A stretch of 64,000 bases of DNA from contig JAQGDQ010000778.1 in assembly GCA_030141605.1 (NCBI GenBank), positions 1-64,000 on the forward strand. The letters are read 5' to 3'. Positions 27,201 to 64,000 of this stretch are shown here, piece after piece (the first letter of the stretch is position 1; each line of letters begins with the position of its first letter). The position numbers and the translations under genes were made by a program. This DNA comes from Tubiluchus corallicola (lineage: Eukaryota; Animalia; Priapulida). Below the pieces are notes generated by a model. The model did not search any database and was not told the DNA's origin. It worked only from the letters and a program-made list of their open reading frames with translations.

Positions 27201-30200
27201 TGTGTGCAAAAAATAAAAATTTGTAGCATTCTGTGTGCAAAAAATAAAAATTTGTAGCATTCTGCGGGCAAGAAATAAAAATTTGTAGCATTGTGTGCAA
27301 AAAATAAAAATTTGCAGCATTCTGTGTGCAAAAAATAAAAATTTGCAGCATTTTGTGTGCAAAAAATAAAAATTTGTAGCATTCTGTGTGCAAAAAAAAT
27401 AAAAATTTGCAGCATTCTGTGTGCAAAAAATAAAAATTTGTAGCATTCTGTGTGCAAAAAAATTAAAATTTGCAGATCATTGAATTGGATAATGTCATGG
27501 AATAGTTGCTAATAATCCTGTGCAATAATTATTTCATTTCTTAACTGCAGGCAAAAGATCTTGCAAATTTGGGAAACACACAACGCACAGAAAATTCTGT
27601 TTAAAAAAGCACAGCAGAATTAACAAACAAAATGCTAATCATAAGCAATTTTCACACTTATTTAATGTGCCATATCCAAGTTATGCTAAAGAAAAGAATA
27701 CTGAGTGCTAACAGTACTCGCTTGGCTACGATAATTAAGCAGAACCAAACCTCGTCATAAAATGGATGGGTAACCAGTTGGATAACAGTTTCTGGGCAAT
27801 TTTACCTGCCATACCTGGTTGGCTATTTCATTCATTGAACGTGAGTACACACAGGCATCTAAACACATCCATATGCTAAGACACTTAGGCTGGTTCAATG
27901 CCTCATATCATATTATCCTAAATAAAGCCCTTACAATTGACAGCTGCTGCATTCAGCAACTGTAAATTACAAGAAGGCAGCCGTACACCATAGAGTAACA
28001 TAATCAATCTAAGCATGCTCGAGTGTTTCTTGAAACGCACAAATTGCTCCGAAGTGAGATACTACTAACCAAAGCAGAACTCCATAGCCATAGTAGGAAG
28101 TCTTGCAGTCATTGCCTGTAGCGGGTCAGGAAGTGCCACAGCTTTGACGATGTTGGGATGGTTAAGTCGATTCATTATGTGCACTTCAAGCGACCACCTC
28201 TTGTGAATCTTATCTGTCACATCTGCATCACACAGTCTGCACTGCTTCAACGCTAATTGCTAAAAAGTAAATAAAATGCTAAATGACACCAGATGTCAGA
28301 ATCAGTTGGTGCATTTATGAAAAAACTCAAGTTCAAAACCTGTATTAAATATTCAGATTTCAGACTCAGATAAAATTATTTATCTCCTCTAATTGCAGAT
28401 AAATAGATGTTAACATAGCGCAACCTATTATCTTTCTTCTTACTATTTCCACTAACACATCCTTCTATCCATCCTGTGTGATCTAACCTTTCTCCCAGTT
28501 CTTTTTTTCTTGTTCACTCATCCATTCTTTTTTTATCGGGTTCACATGACAGTGGGCTTATACAAGCCTTTGCTTCTCTAGCCCACTGCAGTACAATTAT
28601 TCTCTTATGATAACGATAGTGTATGAAACATAAGAATTTAATACAGTAGATGTAATAATTTTGATGTCACTGTGTGCTTAATGTCATTATATTGTACTGA
28701 ATGTGATAATAATAATAAAACAATAAAAAATAAATAAATAATTACACACAATAACACGATGTGCAATAAACAAAATGAGTTGTTACTAGTTTAGAGAAAG
28801 GGTCGAAGAAATAATGAATATGTATGTATTAGATCAAGACAGATTATTTATAGATCATGTTTAAAATATGCATTTCTAAACAATTAGGCTTTACATCTTA
28901 TTGTTTAAAAATACATGAAATCTGTTTTATGGTAAATAACACATTTTGCACATTTCACTAATGAATAGATATATGTATTATATGCAACTGCAATAGTAAC
29001 CTGCAGAAAAATGAAGGTATTCAAGTGGAAGTAAAAGCAAACACTTTAATTGTTAAATTGTTTAGCCTCTTATGGTAACGGAAGGCAATTCAAGACACGG
29101 TATATGTAGGCTGGCAGTTATGTTCCTGCTGGAGCTGTGCTGTCACATAACAAAACTGTTAAAAATATCGCCAAGTAAACACAGCACAACTATATTTCAT
29201 CACCAATCCAATTTACAAATACCCAAAAGTAGAAATTAACTGGAATAGTTTGCCTTAGCTGCAGGAGTTTATAATGATTTGCCGTTTGTTGTCAAATTTC
29301 TTAAATCAGAAAAGAGCCGTCTTTCGGTTTGGCTTTACGTACTATGAACTCACGTGAAGTAACATATTTCAATTATTTAATAACTTTAGTATCGTTCAAA
29401 CCAAACAGTTTTCAGTGGTCTTGGTGAAACTTTGATAGATATGTAATGTAGCACTTATGAATAGAGCCCAGAGCCGTGCCGTTTCATCTGAGCTACAGCC
29501 GGTTTATTTCTACAGTCGACCTAGTTGATAAGAAACCCAACTTTAGTCGCGCTAGCCGTATATATTAAATTCTTCATTTGTCATTAAAATGGTTCACTCA
29601 TTATAATAAAATTGAGTAATCCTCAGTGTAATGTTAAAATAACAACACAGTTCAAGACAAATGCATCCACTGCATACTAAAAAAAAACTAAAGTGCAAAA
29701 CTAAGGCCTAATTATATGCAATAAATGAACATATTTACGAATATGTAAACATAGTTACAAAAGCTGTGAAGTTTTTCGCTCTTGCGGTAATCACATGACA
29801 CTGCAAATCATTGGCTGAAATATGGCAAATGCATCGTGGATTCGAGGTCATATTGTATATGTGTTGGCAGAGATACTAAACTTCAGAAATTTTTGAACGA
29901 GAAAGCTGGTCAATTCAAAATTAAATACACAAATAGGCAGCAAAAGTCACACGTATGGAATCATTTTGACGTTTGGAATTGATTCATTGATAATCAAGAC
30001 ACGCCTCGCCAAGAGTTGAATTTAAATTATATTTGCAATAAATCCATTCTTTTTTTACATTAATTAAAAATTGATCTCTAATGCATTATTTGAATTTGAA
30101 CACCAGCTTTTTCATGTGTATAAGCAACACGAATTATTTAAAAAAATTGTCTCCAAATTAACAGCTAACTAACCACTTATCATTTGTTTAGTTAACAAAA

Positions 30201-30992
30201 ATTCGCAGCTTTAGCTGACTTAGTTGATTTATTCTTTAAGCCAACTCAGTTGAAAAGTCAGTCAACTCTCAGCCAAGCTAGTTGATTTACTGTGTGAGTC
30301 AGCTGATGTAGGAGTAACTGACTCAACCTCAGCCGAGCTAGCTGATTTATTGTATGAGTCAGCCGATGTAGTAGCAATTGACTCAGCTTCAGCCGAGCTA
30401 GTTGATTTACTGTGTGAGTCAGCCGATGTAGTAGCAATTGACTCAGCTTCAGCCGAGCTAGCTGATTTACTGTGCGAGTCAGCTGATGTAGTAGCAATTG
30501 ACTCAGCTTCAGCCGAGCTAGTTGATTTACTGTGTGAGTCAGCTGATGTAGTAGCAATTGACTCTGCTTCAGCCGAGCTAGTTGATTTACTGTGTGAGTC
30601 AGCTGATGTAGTAGCAATTGACTCAGCTTCAGCCGAGCTAGCTGATTTACTGTGCGAGTCAGCTGATGTAGTAGCAATTGACTCAGCTTCAGCCGAGCTA
30701 GCTGATTTACTGTGCGAGTCAGCTGATGTAGTAGCAATTGACTCCGCTTCAGCCGAGCTAGTTGATTTACTGTGTGAGTCAGCTGATGTAGTAGCAATTC
30801 ACTCAGCTTCTCTATTCATGAATAATTAATTTACAATGTACTTAAACTGCTAAAGACTACATGATCTGATAACATTTTCCCTACCTCATTAGTCTCTTTG
30901 TTGGTCCATAAAGTAACACACCCGAATCCTCCACTCCCAAGTGTCCGGGTTCTTTCCCATGGTCCATACCGACTTTCCTCAAAATGATCCAT
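21222..30992 (-). CDS. IKK: Inhibitor of NF-kB kinase (IKKalpha/beta-like), 5 coding exons, ~772 aa
   Basis: Exons 30992-30885, 28259-28070, 26147-25987, 24288-24162 and 22954-21222 join in frame. Motifs: LGSGGFG, ALKQCR, '[17 protein letters not shown]', [12 protein letters not shown], activation loop [20 protein letters not shown] (SxxxS), VDYWSLG, ubiquitin-like and helical regions, and a C-terminal 'SWDFL' resembling the NEMO-binding motif. Confidence 0.93.
25478..25905. mobile_element. Possible piggyBac-like MITE
   Basis: TTAA|CCATTTCAGTCCC ... GGGTATGAAAGGG|TAAA imperfect termini and a subterminal hairpin GTCGTATCCC/GGGATACAAC. Confidence 0.35.
26990..27475. repeat. ~31-bp minisatellite (AAAAATAAAAATTTGTAGCATTCTGTGTGCA and a GCGGGCAAG variant), IKK intron
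   Basis: About 15 tandem units seen directly; it explains three overlapping repetitive ORFs. Confidence 0.95.
28417..28713 (+). mobile_element. Interspersed repeat with an (AAT)n tail (retroelement 3' end/SINE-like), copy 1
   Basis: Highly similar to 60693-61043. Confidence 0.7.
30255..30810. repeat. 60-bp minisatellite (~9 units) in the first coding intron of IKK, rich in TGA(C/G)TCA motifs
   Basis: Unit GTCAGCTGATGTAGTAGCAATTGACTCAGCTTCAGCCGAGCTAGTTGATTTACTGTGTGA seen directly. Confidence 0.95.
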
Positions 30993-32466
30993 ATCAGCCT
31001 ATTACCAGAAAGTATCTTCTTGTTTTACATCCTAAAGTTAGAAATCAAAGCTAATCATCAGATATATTGTAAACTGAATTTATCACATGCCTAGCATTAC
31101 AGGACAAAATTAATATAAAAGTTTATGGCATCGGGGCTGCAAACAAATGAAAAGTTATAATGATGGTGTAAAAGCTACATCATTAAAAATGTCCACAGTT
31201 TTGCATAAGTGACATTAGCCAAAGATTGGTTTTGCTAATTCCGCATTGACGCCTCTTTGAATTGCTATTCATAAGGAGGTCCCTCTGACCTAACTGGTAC
31301 ATGTATTCAAAAGATGATTTCCCATGTTGCAGTTGAATATCCACTATGTATTAATTTACCAAAAAGACCATAGCAAATAAAATCCCACAAACTTTAACAA
31401 AGATGCAGCAAAAAAGTTTATGAAGCTAAAACACAAGCAGCAAAGATGTGAAATGCTGGCATACCTAAACATTTAATATACTAAAAGCAGTTAAACAAAA
31501 AAAACGCATAAATACCATACAAAACCTAGAAGAATTGAAAAAGTGGCAGACAAATTGACACACTTCGCTCCCTGTAAGAGATGAACTGCTACCCACAATC
31601 AGATTCCTTTATGTAAATGATAAACATTAAAAACACTATGCATGCTTAGCTCTTAGTAAACTAGCTGCCGTAAACTTTTTAAAAGTAAGAAGACTAAAAT
31701 ATCATGTACCAGGTTTTTTCTTTCCATAGTAATTTCTGACATTACTTTTAAGACCTTGAACACATTGCTGACTAACTAAGTTATTCTCGGAAATGGTGTT
31801 GACAAGCCACTGATATCTCAGTGTTTTTTCCAGATTACAGCTGCATTTACCCATCTTGAGAGTAGTTTTTTTTATTTTATAGAGGATATATGATAATGAT
31901 GATGAATGCAAGTGAACATTATAATGCATCACGACAGAGATTCATATTCATAACACTCATGCTTAAGAGATCCTAATTCAGCCTACTTGTTTTCTTTTGC
32001 AGATGAGCAAAGCAAATTTTCTCCACCGTACTAATTAGACTCCTTGAGGAGAGATCATCAAACGACCATCTTATTGCTAGGTCACCTCGCACGGCAAGCA
32101 AACTCTCCAGAATCTTTCAAAACTAAACAGATGTAAAGAATACTAAAGATATGATAAACAGAATGATACAATATTTTTAATTTCATATAGATATCAGCAG
32201 CTTTCGCAAATCAGCAATAGTTTGAAAAATGAGCTACCATGTTACGTTATTGGTTGTTTTAGAACTTAACCTAATCTTACCATAGCCTAGGCCTAATCTT
32301 AAAGAAACTTTGAGTCTGATTTTTCACTGAAGGACAGTAAACAGAGCTGAATAATAAATCATTAATTTACAGTCTAACTAACTAATTAATCAGGAACCAA
32401 ACTAATCTGCCACAAAAAATATCAAGTTAATTTTCATTAATATTTTCTTTACACCCATTCACTTAC

Positions 32467-32685
32467 CACCACCTTTAAAAGTGCAATTATGCAGACACAC
32501 GTCACACTTCATGGCCAGAAACTGTTTTTCACCCTCGCCTCAAGATGTCGCAAGTAGTTAGTCACGTGATAGATATACAAAGTCACGTGTGCTATCACGT
32601 GACTGTAACAAAAAATCACCTTTTACGATTGGACAAGGATTTGTAAACCATCCGGGTATTTAACGCTTTTTAGTGAACGTCTAAA

Positions 32686-32692
<7 letters not shown>
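32467..32692. promoter_or_regulatory. Shared bidirectional promoter region of IKK (-) and HCFC1 (+)
   Basis: Three CACGTG E-boxes (32563, 32584, 32596), a reverse CCAAT (ATTGG ~32628) and YY1-like AAAATGGCGG over the HCFC1 ATG. A minus-strand donor GTAAGT at 32466-32461 and an acceptor near 31032 imply a non-coding IKK first exon. Confidence 0.6.
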
Positions 32693-61442
<28,750 letters not shown>

Positions 61443-61700
61443 GTCAGTTCACAGGTGCGTGTTAGCTTGTTTGCTGTCTCGTCTTTGCAATCTTTCTCGG
61501 TGTAATCTAGGAAGTTGATAGCGCACACAGTGGTAGGGATTGGTTGACGTTCAGACTGCATGAAAGTTTTGGGTTATGTGGTGCATATTTAGATTTTATA
61601 CAATTTTTTAAAAATCCACCTGTACAACTCACAACCACTGCAGTTTGTCCACTGCTAAATGTGCCATAATGCTGAAACTTGGGTGATCAATGACCACCAG

Positions 61701-62429
61701 CAAGGATGAGAATTTTCCGCGGATACGCAGAATTCCGAGTTTTTGGAATACCAGTAGTGCCATTTTTGTAAATCGCGTAAATTCGTTGAGAAAATGTTTT
61801 TACAATACATTACATTATTTCACAAGCTGACCGCTAGTTGGCAGGCTGTCACTTTGTTTACATCACGTACATCAGTGGAACCACGTGTATATCGCTATGT
61901 GTAAAAATATAGAATCAATTGTGCGGAGTTATTTGAGTCAATTGCAGACAGTTTTGCATAGGAGCGGCCAGTGCTTAGGCGTTTTTGAGACAATTAGGTA
62001 TCATGTATCCTTGATATTTGGGTATTTTAAATTATGCATAAAACAAGGTAATTGATATTTTAAGTCCACGTAGAGGCTATGGTCACAAAATTGCAATTTG
62101 TTGCTGGCTCCCCTTGAACTCCATTGGGGCTTAGGTGGCCCCAAACCCCCCGGACTGTTTCAGAGTTTTTTACAATTTGTCATTCTCATCCCTGCATAAG
62201 TCATTTATTTCACATTACACATTTACAATAGTTTCATGTACAATATCTAGTGAAAGGGCCTACAATGAACATAATATAAATAAGTTTTTATTGTTTCTGC
62301 ACAAGAAAAGCCTCAAACATTGTTCACCTATATACGAATGTAAATGTGTTGCGGGCAATCAGAAAGCAGGTGGCCCGAAAACCCCCGGCCTGTTTCAGAG
62401 TTTTTTACAATTTGTCATTCTCATCCCTG
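61701..62429 (+). mobile_element. hAT-like MITE with 6-bp TSD, copy 2, with a duplicated 3' end enclosing ~175 bp of foreign DNA
   Basis: CACCAG|CAAGGATGAGAAT...ATTCTCATCCCTG (62194)...ATTCTCATCCCTG|CACCAG (62429). Confidence 0.75.
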
Positions 62430-63163
62430 CACCAGGAACATCCAAACAATAAACTCACAGACAAGTTGTCAGGTGCATAGAATAAGGAATGCACTGTGAA
62501 CTATGTAAATAGATCAAAATCAGTGCAAGAGTTCGACGACTTTTAATTGAAAATTACAATTACAAAAATTACATGTATGATGGTCGCTGTGTCTTTGACA
62601 GGAATTTAATATAATTTTAAGGGAAAATTACAATCCATGTTAATTCGGCAAATACATTTTTGTAGTAGTTGTATGTCGTACGTCGACACCTTTGGGGCAG
62701 CTATGCCCTCTATTCAGCATTCAGTTTTTATTTGCCTCATATGACTGAGAAGAGGTTCACATAAGTGCAGTTGTTTTATAGCATAGTAGCAGTTAAAACG
62801 TAGGAAGACACGGGGTGGTGAAAGATCAAAGGTCACCTAGCAACCGCCCTTTAATAATAGAAAAATAAGTATTATGCATAATTAAAATTATGATGTAAGT
62901 AATAGGTAATTAGAGGCAATCATTACATTTTAAATTACAAGTTACGTTACAAAGACATAATCAATTTACAGTACATACAGAAACTGCATTGTTATTGTAT
63001 CATTTTATCACTTGCAGTTTACTGTTCAACTCTGATGGAGTGCAAATTTCTTAATGCTTGTAATCTTTTCTCTTTAAATCTTAATTAAATGCGGAGATCA
63101 GCGTGGTGAACATAATTTGATTCATTGTATTTGAACTAATGCTCTGGTCATCTTTATCCTTAC

Positions 63164-63807
63164 GGGACAAGAAAAGCGGCACCTGAAGTAGGTTTCGGAA
63201 AAATCGCCTTAAAAAATTATGCTACTTTACAGCAATTTTATGCAAATAACGTATTCGCGTTGGAAGGAATTTTCGTTTGTTTCCATTTTAAATCTCCCGC
63301 AATACCGTTCCGACGGCGCCATTACATGACGTCACTAAAACACATAAATCAGGGGAAGAAAAGGCAATATTAAATTATGACCCAGAAAACTTTCCGTGCA
63401 AATCTGTATTACTCAGCATTTCATTTACCTGCTGTAAAGACGTGTGTAACTAGACTAATAATTTAAAATGTTTGTGTCAGTTCGTAAAATGTCGCTGACT
63501 CACCCTCCAGGGTGCGCCAAAAATGTATTTTTAATCTTATTGACAAGATTCAGTAATTTAAAACTTTACTTAATTAGCAACATGTATGCTACGAATGATC
63601 TGATTATTTTTTCAAACTTTGCTCAATGTTATCAAAACTTATTTCAAATGACTGCGCCTAACGGTCATCGCGGGAGTTCAAATTTATGTGTTTTATACAG
63701 CGTTACGGCCGATGCAAGCTATGCATCCGAAGACGTAGTACGTAAGTGATACAAAATTTCGAGACGAGTTTTTTAAGCTTTATGTAAGTGGAGGGTTTTC
63801 TTGTGCT
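63164..63807 (+). mobile_element. Kolobok-like non-autonomous DNA transposon, copy 3 of 3
   Basis: GGGACAAGAAAA...TTTTCTTGTGCT, homologous to the other two copies; TSD degenerate. Confidence 0.78.
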
Positions 63808-64000
63808 ATTAGCTATAAGCTTATAAATGCTTTTGACAATTATATTTTTACCCATATAGTGACAATCATAGTGTTGAGGCAACAGATGCTTAAGGATGGG
63901 TAAAATATTGACTGAAGCTTCAAGAAAAGGTGTTTCATATTTTTTTATTTTATCTTGAAAACTTGTATAGGAAAATATTAAATACTTTACCTTTTGCAAC

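Noticed and set aside
26889-27457. Three overlapping repetitive ORFs; array superficially CRISPR-like
   Set aside because: This is a head-to-tail minisatellite with no unique spacers, in a eukaryotic intron, with no cas genes.
27730-27800. Second 5S/SINE3-like fragment (TTAAGCAG...TGGATGGGTAACC)
   Set aside because: Too short and degenerate to support.
30258-30829. 179-aa and 159-aa repetitive ORFs on both strands
   Set aside because: They result from a 60-bp (multiple of three) minisatellite inside an IKK intron, with no splice or homology support.

Overview
This is AT-rich, intron-containing animal (invertebrate-like) genomic DNA, not prokaryotic; most short ORFs in the track are spurious. 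From left to right: (1) two coding-intronless BCS1-like AAA ATPase paralogues on the minus strand. One (6283-7824) has intact motifs. The other (1962-3497) has lost its catalytic residues and sits between the arms of a ~1.3-1.4 kb inverted repeat. Both appear to lie inside a long intron of CEP83, whose last three exons are at 11286-13390 (+) and are absent from the ORF track. (2) RCBTB1/2 with a single coding exon (-). (3) A 5-coding-exon IkB kinase, IKKalpha/beta-like (-). (4) Head-to-head with IKK, HCFC1 (+), with 21 exons traced from 32686 to ~61450 and continuing past the window. The most notable signal is in HCFC1: six ~39-aa 'PPGETSTCKTTDTVST' repeats plus an exon-junction 'PCETTTTNTTNTTTT' motif. 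These align with the OGT-cleaved HCF-1PRO repeats, which are generally regarded as vertebrate-specific. Introns carry hAT, Kolobok-like and Tigger-like MITEs, a Buster transposase remnant, RTE LINE fragments, a 5S-derived SINE and several minisatellites; one minisatellite triplicates a splice acceptor and another forms an AP-1/ARE motif array. All homology calls come from motif recognition by eye; no database searches were run.
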